64,000 nucleotides of DNA from Planctomycetota bacterium (GTDB lineage: Bacteria; Planctomycetota; B15-G4; SIAN01): assembly GCA_031409275.1 (NCBI GenBank), contig JANNXA010000050.1:96001-160000 (forward strand), in the 5' to 3' direction. Position 1 is the first letter of the stretch. Every line of letters starts with the position of its first letter. Made by a program: the position numbers and the translations under genes. Of the stretch, positions 1-8,833 are shown in pieces. The notes under the pieces were generated by a model, which searched no databases, was not told the origin of the DNA, and was given only the letters and a program-made list of their open reading frames with translations.

Positions 1-135
1 GTCGGCGCCGAGCACGATCAGCGGGCGCCGGCCCGCGGGATCGTTCGCCTCAGGCCCCTTCGCCTCGGTCGGCGACTCGCCGCACGCCGCCGCGACGCAG
101 CAGAGCGCGGCCGCCAGCAGCGTGCGGCGCCGCAC
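1..135 (-). CDS. Partial lipoprotein (5' end), possibly alkaline phosphatase/nucleotide pyrophosphatase superfamily
   Basis: Not in the ORF track. Manual translation from GTG at 135 gives VRRRTLLAAALCCVAAACGESPTEAKGPEANDPAGRRPLIVLGAD and is open to the window edge. It has a lipoprotein-type signal, and LIVLGAD resembles the first strand of alkaline phosphatase superfamily enzymes. Confidence 0.55.
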   Translation of the reverse strand, partial: MRRRTLLAAALCCVAAACGESPTEAKGPEANDPAGRRPLIVLGAD

Positions 136-303
136 TCTCGATGTCGCCGCATGCGGGAGATGGATTCGCAGAGGGAGCTTCAAGGTCGCAACCTTTTAGC
201 GCCGCCACCGGAAGCGGTGGCTCCACGCTTGCGGCGCAGCGGCGGCACGGCTGTACTGCCCGACTCGCGAAGCAACGGACCCGGAATGAAGGAGGAGCGG
301 GGC

Positions 304-969
304 ATGAGCCAACCCGAGCAGCCCGAAAGCGCCAGCGGCGTCTCGCGACGTCGATTCCTGAAGGGAATGGGCGTGACCGCCCTCGCCGCGGGGGCGCTCG
401 CCCCGAAGATGCCGGCGGTCGCCGTGCCAAACGGCTCTGCGAACGCTGCGCCGACCGCGCCACCGGCGACGCGCCTGTTCGGTCCCGCACCGGTCGCCGT
501 GAAATTGCAGATCAACGGCAAGGTGCGCGAACTGCGGCTCGAGCCGCGCGTCACGCTTCTGGACGCGCTGCGCAACCACCTCGACCTCACCGGCGCGAAG
601 AAGGTGTGCGACCGCGCCACCTGCGGCGCCTGCACGGTGATCGTCGACGGCAAGGCGATCTACTCCTGCACCATGCTCGCCGTCGAGGCGCAGGGCAGGG
701 CGATCGAGACCGTCGAAGGGCTCGCGGAGGCGAGCGGCGGCAACTCGACGATGCAGCGCTGCTTCGTCGAGAACGACGCGCAGCAATGCGGCTTCTGCAC
801 CCCCGGATTCGTGATGGCGTGCGAGTCGTTCAAGCGCGCCAACGGCAGCGCGACGCGTGAACAGGTGCTCTCCGAGCTCGGCGGCAACCTCTGTCGTTGC
901 GGCACCTACCACGGCGTCGCCAATGCCGTCGCGGACGCTCTGAAACTCGGCGCGAACGGAGGCAAGTGA
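304..969 (+). CDS. Xanthine dehydrogenase family 2x[2Fe-2S] subunit with Tat signal (PaoA/YagT-like)
   Basis: Twin-arginine motif SRRRFLK; CDRATCGACTVIVDG...SC and QCGFCTPG...CRC motifs; strong SD GAAGGAGGAG just before ATG 304. Confidence 0.93.
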   Translation: MSQPEQPESASGVSRRRFLKGMGVTALAAGALAPKMPAVAVPNGSANAAPTAPPATRLFGPAPVAVKLQINGKVRELRLEPRVTLLDALRNHLDLTGAKKVCDRATCGACTVIVDGKAIYSCTMLAVEAQGRAIETVEGLAEASGGNSTMQRCFVENDAQQCGFCTPGFVMACESFKRANGSATREQVLSELGGNLCRCGTYHGVANAVADALKLGANGGK

Positions 970-970
970 C

Positions 971-3094
971 ATGGTCGATCTTGCTTGGCCCGATCCGGGC
1001 GACTGCTCGATCCTCGGCAAGCGCACGACGCGCATCGACGGCCCCGACAAGACGACCGGTCGCGCGAAGTACACCTTCGACATCAACCGGCCGCGCATGT
1101 TGTGGGCGAAGTTCGCGACCTGCCCGTACGGACGCGCGAAGATCACGGCGCTCGACACCAGCGCGGCGGAAGCGATGCCCGGCGTCGTCGCCGTCGAGGT
1201 GATCGCCAGCGTCAGCACCGAGTGCAAGGTCGCCTTCCAGGAGGTCGCGATCGTCGCCGCCGAGAGCGAAGAGATCGCGCGCGAAGCGGCGCGCCGCATC
1301 AAGATCACGTGGGAGGTGCTCGAGCCGTGCGTCCATGACGACGACGTCGACATGGCCGGCAACAAGGCGAAGAAGGGCAAGGAGCAGGTCACCGACGGGT
1401 TCGATGCCGCCATCGACGGTGCGGCGGTCGTCAGCGAGACCGAGGTTGGCTGCTCGATCCTCACCCACTGCTGCCTCGAATCGCACGGCTCGATGGTCGA
1501 GGTCAGCGAGCAGGACGGCAAGGTCGCCGTCACCGCCTGGGCCTCCACGCAGGCCGTCTCCGGCATCGGCGGCGAATTCGCGCAGGCGATCGGCGTCGAC
1601 GGCTCGCAAGTGCACGTGATCTGCCAGCACATGGGCGGCGGCTTCGGCTCGAAGTTCGGCGCCGACTTGTGGGGCGCGTCGGCCGCGAAGCTCGCGCAGA
1701 AGACCGGTCGTCCGGTGAAGGTGATGCTCGAGCGCGACATGGAGATCGCGCTGGCCGGTTCTCGCCCGTCCGCGTTCGCGCGGATGCGCGTCGGCGTGAA
1801 CGACGACGGCGCGATCGTGGCGTGGGAATCGGCCGCATGGGGCAGCGGCGGCAACGGCGGCGGCATGGGCGCGCCCGGCCTGCCCTACGTCTTCGGCAAC
1901 ATCCCGAACCGCAAGACGCAGACGACGCCGATCTTCACCAACACCGGCGGTGCCCGCGCCTGGCGCGCGCCGAACCACCCGCAGATGTGCCTGTTGACCA
2001 TGGCCGCGCTCTCCGATGCCGCCGCCGAGCTCGGCATGGATGAGCTCGAGTTCTTCCGCAAGAACCTCGAACTCACGGCGCGCGCCGACGTCTACCGCGA
2101 GGAACTCGCGATCGCCGCGGAGCGCATCGGCTGGAAGTCGAAGTGGAAGTCGCGCGGCGAACAGAAGGGCGTGCTGCGCCGCGGGCTCGGCCTCGCGATG
2201 CACACCTGGGGCGGCGGTCCTCACACCAGCAACGTCCAGTGCACGCTCCATCCCGACGGCGCCGTCGAGATCCGCTGCGGCACGCAGGACCTCGGCGTCG
2301 GCGCGCGCACCGCGATCGCGGTGGTCGCAGCCGAGACGTTCGGCCTGCCCATCGATCGCATCACCGTCCTGATCGGCGACAACCGCTATCCGGCCTCGGA
2401 TGGCTCGGGTGGCTCGACCACGATCGGCGCCATCAGCTCCGGCACCCGCGACGCGTGCATCAAGGCGATCAACCAGGTCATGGCCGCCGTGGCGCCCGAA
2501 TTGAACGCGGCGCCGGAACAGCTCGTCGCCAAGGAGGGAATGGTGCGCGCGGCGGGATCGACGGCCGGCGGGCTGCCGTTCGCCGAAGCGTGCCGACGCC
2601 TCGGCGCGCAGCCGATCGTCACGATGGGAACGACGCAACGCGCGCTCGCGAGTTCGCAGGTCGGCGGCGTGCAGATGGCCGAAGTCGAGGTCGACTGCGA
2701 GACCGGCATCGTCCGCATGCTGAAGATGGTCGCGGTGCAGGATTGCGGCCGCATCATCGACCTGCTCACGACGGAGAGCCAGGTGCGCGGCGCGATGATC
2801 ATGGGAGTCTGCGCGGCGCTCTACGAGGAGCGCGTGATGGACCCGGTGACGGGCGCGCTGCTCAATCCCGACATGGAGTTCTACAAGCTCGCCGGCATCG
2901 CCGACGTCGGTGAGCTCGACGTCCACATGATGCAGACGGACGCGCACCTGAAGCGTGGCGTGATCGGCATCGGCGAGCCGCCGGCGATCTCGCCGATGGC
3001 GGCGATCAGCAACGCGGTGGCGAACGCCATCGGCGCCCGCGTGAAGCGCTGCCCGATGACTCCCGATCGCGTGCTCGCGGCCTTGAAGGCGTGA
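971..3094 (+). CDS. Xanthine dehydrogenase family molybdopterin-binding subunit (PaoC/YagR-like)
   Basis: RIDGPDKTTGRAKY, MGGGFGSK, WRAPNHPQ, TQDLGVG, SGGSTT and GIGEPP (catalytic Glu) motifs; starts 1 nt after the upstream stop. Confidence 0.93.
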   Translation: MVDLAWPDPGDCSILGKRTTRIDGPDKTTGRAKYTFDINRPRMLWAKFATCPYGRAKITALDTSAAEAMPGVVAVEVIASVSTECKVAFQEVAIVAAESEEIAREAARRIKITWEVLEPCVHDDDVDMAGNKAKKGKEQVTDGFDAAIDGAAVVSETEVGCSILTHCCLESHGSMVEVSEQDGKVAVTAWASTQAVSGIGGEFAQAIGVDGSQVHVICQHMGGGFGSKFGADLWGASAAKLAQKTGRPVKVMLERDMEIALAGSRPSAFARMRVGVNDDGAIVAWESAAWGSGGNGGGMGAPGLPYVFGNIPNRKTQTTPIFTNTGGARAWRAPNHPQMCLLTMAALSDAAAELGMDELEFFRKNLELTARADVYREELAIAAERIGWKSKWKSRGEQKGVLRRGLGLAMHTWGGGPHTSNVQCTLHPDGAVEIRCGTQDLGVGARTAIAVVAAETFGLPIDRITVLIGDNRYPASDGSGGSTTIGAISSGTRDACIKAINQVMAAVAPELNAAPEQLVAKEGMVRAAGSTAGGLPFAEACRRLGAQPIVTMGTTQRALASSQVGGVQMAEVEVDCETGIVRMLKMVAVQDCGRIIDLLTTESQVRGAMIMGVCAALYEERVMDPVTGALLNPDMEFYKLAGIADVGELDVHMMQTDAHLKRGVIGIGEPPAISPMAAISNAVANAIGARVKRCPMTPDRVLAALKA

Positions 3095-3110
3095 GCGGAG
3101 GAGCGCAACG

Positions 3111-4094
3111 ATGAACGCATTCGAATACGCCCGTCCCACGACTCTTGCCGAGGCCGTCGCCCTGCTCTCCCCCACCGAGGGGGAGACGGCGCTGCTGGCC
3201 GGCGGCACCGACCTCTTGAGCTTGATGAAGGACTTCGTCGTCGAGCCCAAGCGCGTCGTGTCGCTGATGGGAATCGAGCCGCTGGCGCAGATCACCATCG
3301 GCAACGATGGCCTGCACCTCGGCGCCACGGTGACGCTCGACGCGCTGATGCAGTCGGGCGCCCTCAACCAATGGGCGGCGAAGTGGCCCGCCCTCTGGCA
3401 CGCGACCGCCGGCATCAAGAGCCCGCAACTGCGCGCGATGGGAACGGTCGGCGGGGAACTGCTGCAGCGGCCGCGCTGCTGGTACTACCGCCGCGGCCAC
3501 GGCCTGCTGGCGCAGGACGCGAAGGGCGAGTCGATGGTCGCGAGCGGGGACCATCGCTACCACGCGATCCTCGGCAACAGCGGCCCTGCCAAGTTCGTCC
3601 ACCCGTCGAGCCTCGCGCCGGCGCTGATCGCCTGCGGAGCCCTCGCGGAGCTGACCTCGCCACGCGGCACGCGCACGCTGCCAGTCGCGGAGCTCTACCG
3701 CACCCCGACCTCGAGCGGCGAGCGCGAGACGACCCTGGCCCTCGATGAAGTCCTCACCGCGGTCGTGCTGAAGAAGCCAGTCGTGAAGAGCGCGACCTAC
3801 GAAGTCCGCCCGCGCCAGGGACTCGACTGGCCGCTCGTCGCGGCGGCCGTGGCGCTCGAGCTGAACGGCGGCAAGGTGGCCAGCGCGAGCGTCGTGCTCG
3901 GTCACGTCGCGCCGACTCCGTGGCCGGTCGTTGAAGCGGCGACGCTGGTCGGCAAGACGCTCGATGACGAGACCATCGCGGCCTTCGCCGCTGCGGCGCT
4001 GAAGAGCGCCACCCCGCTGAAGGACAACGCCTACAAAGTCGACCTCGCGCAGGTCGCGATCCGACGGGCGTTCAAGGCGGCGATGAAGAGCTGA
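3111..4094 (+). CDS. Xanthine dehydrogenase family FAD-binding subunit (PaoB/YagS-like)
   Basis: FEYARPTT, LAGGTDL, QLRAMGTVGG, QRPRCWYYR, VLGHVAPTPW, PLKDNAYKV; SD GGAGGAG. Confidence 0.92.
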   Translation: MNAFEYARPTTLAEAVALLSPTEGETALLAGGTDLLSLMKDFVVEPKRVVSLMGIEPLAQITIGNDGLHLGATVTLDALMQSGALNQWAAKWPALWHATAGIKSPQLRAMGTVGGELLQRPRCWYYRRGHGLLAQDAKGESMVASGDHRYHAILGNSGPAKFVHPSSLAPALIACGALAELTSPRGTRTLPVAELYRTPTSSGERETTLALDEVLTAVVLKKPVVKSATYEVRPRQGLDWPLVAAAVALELNGGKVASASVVLGHVAPTPWPVVEAATLVGKTLDDETIAAFAAAALKSATPLKDNAYKVDLAQVAIRRAFKAAMKS

Positions 4095-4135
4095 TCCGGC
4101 TGACGGCGACCGATCCAAGAACGAGGAGAGACCCG

Positions 4136-4369
4136 ATGAGCTTCGCCAACCTCCGCCCCGCAGCCGGCCACCGCCTCTGCCGACAACTGCGCTGCAAGGA
4201 GATGTACTACAACTCGCCTGACCAGCTCGAGCGCGCCCGCGCCAACCCCGCCGAGGCGCTGGCGAACAAGCACTTCTGGTGCTTGAAGACCTTCACCGCG
4301 ATGGGCCCCGAGAACGAGCCGTGCAGCGCCGACGCCTGTTCGCCCTCCCGGTCCTGCTACGAAGCGTGA
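4136..4369 (+). CDS. Small cysteine-rich protein (6 Cys), hypothetical
   Basis: SD GAGGAG; 77 aa with C-x4-C...WC...PC-x4-C-x5-C; co-oriented with the molybdoenzyme operon. Confidence 0.75.
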   Translation: MSFANLRPAAGHRLCRQLRCKEMYYNSPDQLERARANPAEALANKHFWCLKTFTAMGPENEPCSADACSPSRSCYEA

Positions 4370-4458
4370 TCCGGGGCGCCAACGACCGATAGAGTCCTGA
4401 CCGCGCATCGTCCGCCACGCCGCCGAGAGGGGCGGCGACCGGAACCTGGAGTTCGCCC

Positions 4459-5193
4459 ATGAAGTCGCTGCTCGTCGCGCTGCTCGCCAGCGCACTGTCC
4501 GCGCCCGCTTCCACCGCGCTTCCTCCATCCACGGAGCCGACCAAGCTGCGCGGCGACTACCTCGAAGCGCGCACCTGCGATGTCTGGGTCGGCGCCTGCT
4601 TCGCCAACTCCGAGACGAGCGAGCAGGGCAAGCAGGCGACGCTGGTGTGGAAGTTCACCGAAGGGTCGTGGAAGGGCGTCGATCTCGGCGGGCTCGCCAC
4701 CGCGCTGATCATCACCGCGAAGTCGACGCTCGGCGATCCGTACCACTCCGCGCTGCCGGTGCGCGACGTGCTGCTGGTCGACGCGCGCGCGAGCGATGCG
4801 CAGTTGAAGGCGATGCGCGACTTCGTGGCGACGCAGACCGGCGAGCTCGGCGCGAACGTGATCGAAGAGATCGCGACCACCCTCGAGCTCGAGGTCGACT
4901 GCTGCGACAAGGAGGGGTGCGCGAAGTTCGCGGCCGGCGAGATCGCCAGGATCGAGACGCGTTGCCTGCACGCCGAGGACAAGGTGTGCGGTCACGAGGA
5001 GACCTACTACCCGCCGCTGGTCGGACTGGCGCAGAAGCACGCGGTCTACACCGTCGAGCACAGCGTGAAGGGGACCTTGCTCGACCTCGCGTGGATCGAT
5101 CGCGACTCGCACAGCGCGTTCCTCGGCAAGTTCGAGCTCGAATCGCCCGCCGCGCCGCGCACGGTCGACCCCGACGAAGTGAAGGCGCGCTGA
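4459..5193 (+). CDS. Secreted DUF1326-like putative metal-binding protein
   Basis: Signal peptide MKSLLVALLASALSAPA; GDYLEARTCDVWVGACFANSE and GSWKGVDLGGL motifs that I recall for DUF1326. Confidence 0.75.
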   Translation: MKSLLVALLASALSAPASTALPPSTEPTKLRGDYLEARTCDVWVGACFANSETSEQGKQATLVWKFTEGSWKGVDLGGLATALIITAKSTLGDPYHSALPVRDVLLVDARASDAQLKAMRDFVATQTGELGANVIEEIATTLELEVDCCDKEGCAKFAAGEIARIETRCLHAEDKVCGHEETYYPPLVGLAQKHAVYTVEHSVKGTLLDLAWIDRDSHSAFLGKFELESPAAPRTVDPDEVKAR

Positions 5194-5243
5194 GCGAGGC
5201 AAAACGCGCGGCCCCATCGGCGCGCGCACGAAAGCGACCGCCC

Positions 5244-6011
5244 ATGGAATCGAGCCCCATTTCGCTGCGCCGACTCATGGTGCCGCTGCTTGGCACCTTG
5301 CTCATCGCGACCACGCTGGCGTGGACCGCGACGCAGCAGTCTCCCGCGGCACCGAAGCCGGGCTTCACCGTCGAGGTGGTGGCCGCCATCGACGGCAAGA
5401 GCAGCGTCCCGGAGCAGGTGCCGGAGGCGTTCGCCAAGTTGCTGGGGCACGAAGGCGTGCGTGTCCTCGCGCCCGACGCGAAGCGGCGCGCCGAGTTCTG
5501 GTTCTGCCTCGAGCTGCCGCTGCTCGCGAAGGCGGGCGGCGTCAGCAGCGTGCTGCTCAATCGGCTGGTGCCGGGCGCCTTCGTCGGCGTCGTGCGCACG
5601 CCGGGTCGCACGAACGACTACCGCGACCAGGAGATCGAGGCGGGCGTCTACGCGCTTCGCTACTACCACCAGCCGAGCGACGCCAACCACCTCGGCACCT
5701 CCGACTCGCGTGACTTCTTCCTGCTGACCAGCCTCGCGGAGGAGAAGTCGCCGGCGCCGATCGCCGCGAAAGAGGACCTGATCCCGCTCGCCGTCGCCGC
5801 CTCGCCGAGCGACCACGCGCTCTGCCTCTACGTCGCCCCCTCCAGCGAGCCGCCCCCCACCGACGGGGCCCTCGGTGCCGCGAAAGTCGCGCGGCGCGGC
5901 GAGCATGAGGAGTACGCGCTCGAACTCACGCTCGCGGCGCGCGTCGACGGCGCCGCAGTGGGCGAGCCGCTGCGCCTCGCGATCGTCATCGACGGCCACA
6001 CCGCGCACTGA
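5244..6011 (+). CDS. Secreted hypothetical protein
   Basis: Hydrophobic signal segment; conserved-looking core DYRDQEIEAGVYALRYYHQPSDANHLGTSDSRDFFLL. The upstream part of the track ORF is shadow of the previous gene. Confidence 0.75.
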   Translation: MESSPISLRRLMVPLLGTLLIATTLAWTATQQSPAAPKPGFTVEVVAAIDGKSSVPEQVPEAFAKLLGHEGVRVLAPDAKRRAEFWFCLELPLLAKAGGVSSVLLNRLVPGAFVGVVRTPGRTNDYRDQEIEAGVYALRYYHQPSDANHLGTSDSRDFFLLTSLAEEKSPAPIAAKEDLIPLAVAASPSDHALCLYVAPSSEPPPTDGALGAAKVARRGEHEEYALELTLAARVDGAAVGEPLRLAIVIDGHTAH

Positions 6012-6017
6012 GTTTGG

Positions 6018-6082
6018 TGGCGCGCGCCTCCAAAGTCGGCGCGACAGCATTGGTTGGCGCGCGCCTCCGAAGTCGGCGCGAC
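6018..6082. repeat. Tandem pair of 28-bp REP-like repeats between convergent genes
   Basis: TGGCGCGCGCCTCC(A/G)AAGTCGGCGCGAC at 6018-6045 and 6055-6082, one mismatch. Confidence 0.8.
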
Positions 6083-6092
6083 GGTGTCTCCG

Positions 6093-7211
6093 TCACTTCG
6101 CGGTCGGGGTCCGCGATCGGAACGGACCCGACAAGGTGCGGGCGAGCATGCGGTGGAAAGCGTGCACTCCGACTTCGGCGAGCGGCGCATAACGGCCGCC
6201 GCGGTAGGCGCGTGAGGCGAGGCCGGCCTGCACCTGCAACGCGGCGCGCTCGTCCTCCAGCTCCACCTGGACCAGTCCGGATCCGGCGCCACGATCGTGC
6301 AGCTCCGGCCGCTCGACGAAGGCGTGGAAGCGGACGCGCGTTCGCGTCGGGCCGATCGGCTCGACGACGTTCAGCGACAGGCCCCACGGATAGAAGTTCA
6401 GCATCGTGGTCGGGAAGAGCCAGAAGTAGAGCGCGCCGATGCGGCTGCCATGTTCGGGATGGCCCGTCGGAAGCTCGAACGTCGGCTCGCCTTGCGCCGC
6501 GATCCCGACCTGCAACGTCGAATGGTCGAACTTCTCGTAGCGGTAGCTCTTCCAGTCGAGGCGCGCGGTGAGGCCAGGGTGGAGGAAGGGGATGTGCAGC
6601 CCCTCGAGGTAGTTCTCCACGTAGAGGCACCAGTTCGCCTCGAACTCGAAGGTGCGGTCGAGCGACGCGTCGCGCCGCCACGCCGCCGGTGCGAAGCTCG
6701 CGATGCGCGCCTCGACCGGCGCGATCACTTCGCGCCAGGACGCCTCGGGCTCGAGCGCGCCAAAGAGCAATCCGCGCCACTGCGCCACCTCGAAGCGCGG
6801 GAGCGCGTCGTCGGCATCGGGGAAGCCTTCAAGCAGCTCGAAACCGGGCGCGCTGAGGCAGCGACCATCGAGTTCGAAACGGCGACCGTGATAGGGACAG
6901 CGCAGCGGTCGCCCGCTGCCGGCGCACTCGACGACGAGGTGGGCGCGATGAGTGCAGGCGTTCGAGAGGAGGCGCAGCACCCCATCGTCCCCGCGCACCA
7001 ACACGACCGGCTCATCGACGCTGCCTGGCAGCAGCACGAGCGGCCGCGCCGACCCCGCCGCCTCGAGTCCTGACGCCGTGCCGAGGCAATGCCAGCCACG
7101 CCGCAGTGAAGTGCGCGCCAGCGTCGCCGCCCATCCCGGATCGCGGTAGAGGTCGGGCGAAGGCAGGCGCGCGCGCGTGATCTCGGGATCGATGTCGAGC
7201 TGCCACTTCAT
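6093..7211 (-). CDS. Rieske aromatic ring-hydroxylating oxygenase alpha subunit (choline monooxygenase-like group)
   Basis: Rieske motif CTHRAH...CPYHG; mononuclear iron motif ENYLEGLHIPFLH...ELED; ATGA overlap with the upstream gene. Confidence 0.9.
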   Translation of the reverse strand: MKWQLDIDPEITRARLPSPDLYRDPGWAATLARTSLRRGWHCLGTASGLEAAGSARPLVLLPGSVDEPVVLVRGDDGVLRLLSNACTHRAHLVVECAGSGRPLRCPYHGRRFELDGRCLSAPGFELLEGFPDADDALPRFEVAQWRGLLFGALEPEASWREVIAPVEARIASFAPAAWRRDASLDRTFEFEANWCLYVENYLEGLHIPFLHPGLTARLDWKSYRYEKFDHSTLQVGIAAQGEPTFELPTGHPEHGSRIGALYFWLFPTTMLNFYPWGLSLNVVEPIGPTRTRVRFHAFVERPELHDRGAGSGLVQVELEDERAALQVQAGLASRAYRGGRYAPLAEVGVHAFHRMLARTLSGPFRSRTPTAK

Positions 7212-7765
7212 CGCTTGCCCCGCTTCTTCGCACCCTTGGGACTCTTGCTCGGCGCTGACGGCTTCGGTTTCGCCGCTGGAACAGCTGGCGGTGGCGCCGC
7301 CTCGACGGTCGGCTCCTCGCGCTCGTAGCCGAACCACTCCATCCAGTCGTCGACCTCGCGCTTCGAGAGCGCGCGCGTGCCGGGCGGCGCGCGCTGCGCC
7401 ACCGGCTTCAGCTTGCGCAGGAACGCCGCAACCCGCTCCGTGCGCACTCCGAAGAACGGGGCGCGGTCGAGCAGATCACGATCGTCGCTGACCAGCACGA
7501 CATCGGAGAGGTCGCGCGCATGGCGCAGCTTCTCGAGCAGCAGCAGGTCGGCGTTGCCGCCGTCGCGCGCGAACGCGACCTCGATGCGCCGCGGCACGCT
7601 CTGCTCGGCGCCGTGCACTCGCTCGCGCGCGTCGAAAGCGACGTAGGCGGCGCAACCCGTCGCCGCGAGGCGCGAGAGCAGCTCGGCACGCCGCTCGTGC
7701 AGCGGAGCGCCGACGCCGAGGCGGCCCGAGAGGATCACGTTGTAGCCGTCGACCCAGTAGCGCAT
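7208..7765 (-). CDS. NYN (YacP-like PIN) domain ribonuclease
   Basis: YWVDGYNVI, VAFD, NADLLL and VLVSDDRDL acidic PIN motifs. Confidence 0.8.
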   Translation of the reverse strand: MRYWVDGYNVILSGRLGVGAPLHERRAELLSRLAATGCAAYVAFDARERVHGAEQSVPRRIEVAFARDGGNADLLLLEKLRHARDLSDVVLVSDDRDLLDRAPFFGVRTERVAAFLRKLKPVAQRAPPGTRALSKREVDDWMEWFGYEREEPTVEAAPPPAVPAAKPKPSAPSKSPKGAKKRGKR

Positions 7766-7837
7766 CGTCGCCTCGCGCGCCGCGAAACAGCGGCGAGTCT
7801 ATGCTCGCCCGCCCTTCACCGCCCGCGAGGCTTTGCG

Positions 7838-8761
7838 ATGGCCGCGTCCGCCGCTCCCGAGATCGTGCTGCTCACGGACGAGCGGCTGATCGCCGCCCCG
7901 CCCGGCAACGCCTACAACGCGCAGGTCCACCACGAGGAGCGATTCCTCGCCGGCGCCTTCGAACGGCTGGGATTCACGGTGGCTCGCGTGGCGTGGTCCG
8001 ACCCCGCCTTCGACTGGACGCGGCCGCGCGCGGCGCTCTTCCGCTCGACGTGGGACTACTTCGAGCGGCCCGCCGAATGCGCCGCGTGGCTCGACCGCGT
8101 CGCGCCGATCACGCGGCTCTTCAACGAGCCGGCGCTGGTGCGCTGGAACTTCGACAAGCGCTACCTGCTCGAGTTGGCCACGCGCGGCGTCGCCATCGTG
8201 CCGACCGAGCGGATCGAGCGGGGCGCTGCGCTCGAACTCGCGCGCCGCGTGGCCGCCGGACCGCGCGAAGGGCTCGTCGTCAAACCGGCGGTTTCGGGCG
8301 CCGCGCGCGAGACGTGGCGCGTCGATGCCGCGAACCTCGCGCAGCGCGCGCCGCACCTCGACGCGCTGCTGCGGCAGGAGGCGCTGCTGGTGCAGCCGTT
8401 CGAGCCGGCCATCGCGACGCGCGGCGAGTTCTCCTTCATCGTCATCGCCGGTCGCTGTCGCCACGCCGTGCGCAAGGTCCCGAAGCGCGGCGACTTCCGC
8501 GTCCAGGACGACCACGGCGGCACCGTGCAGCCGCATGAGCCGAGCCACGCCGAGGTCACCTTCGCCGAGCACGCGGCCGCCGCCGCGCCCTACCCGCCGC
8601 TCTACGCACGCGTCGACGCCGTCGAAAGCGCCGCCGGCCTGCGCTTGATGGAGCTCGAGGTGATCGAGCCCGAGCTCTTCTTCCGCTTCCGCCCGCAAAC
8701 GGCCGAAGAGCTGGCGGCGGCGTGCGCGGGGCGGGCGACAGGCGGCCACTCGAAGAGCTGA
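7838..8761 (+). CDS. ATP-grasp ligase (RimK/DcsG-like)
   Basis: FRSTWDY, WNFDKRYL, VVKPAVSG, LLVQPF, GDFRVQ, YARVD, LMELEVIEP. Confidence 0.85.
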   Translation: MAASAAPEIVLLTDERLIAAPPGNAYNAQVHHEERFLAGAFERLGFTVARVAWSDPAFDWTRPRAALFRSTWDYFERPAECAAWLDRVAPITRLFNEPALVRWNFDKRYLLELATRGVAIVPTERIERGAALELARRVAAGPREGLVVKPAVSGAARETWRVDAANLAQRAPHLDALLRQEALLVQPFEPAIATRGEFSFIVIAGRCRHAVRKVPKRGDFRVQDDHGGTVQPHEPSHAEVTFAEHAAAAAPYPPLYARVDAVESAAGLRLMELEVIEPELFFRFRPQTAEELAAACAGRATGGHSKS

Positions 8762-8833
8762 AGTCCGCGCCGCCGCGATCTCGCAGGCGCTGCTCCTGCT
8801 CCTCTTCATCGCCTTCAGCGCGGACCGCCTCGC

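Noticed and set aside
151..303. Longer N-terminus of the Fe-S subunit
   Set aside because: The strong SD and Tat motif position favour ATG 304, and the region must also hold the promoter of the divergent gene.
6018..6082. Possible mini-CRISPR
   Set aside because: Only two repeats with a 9-bp gap, and no cas genes in the window.
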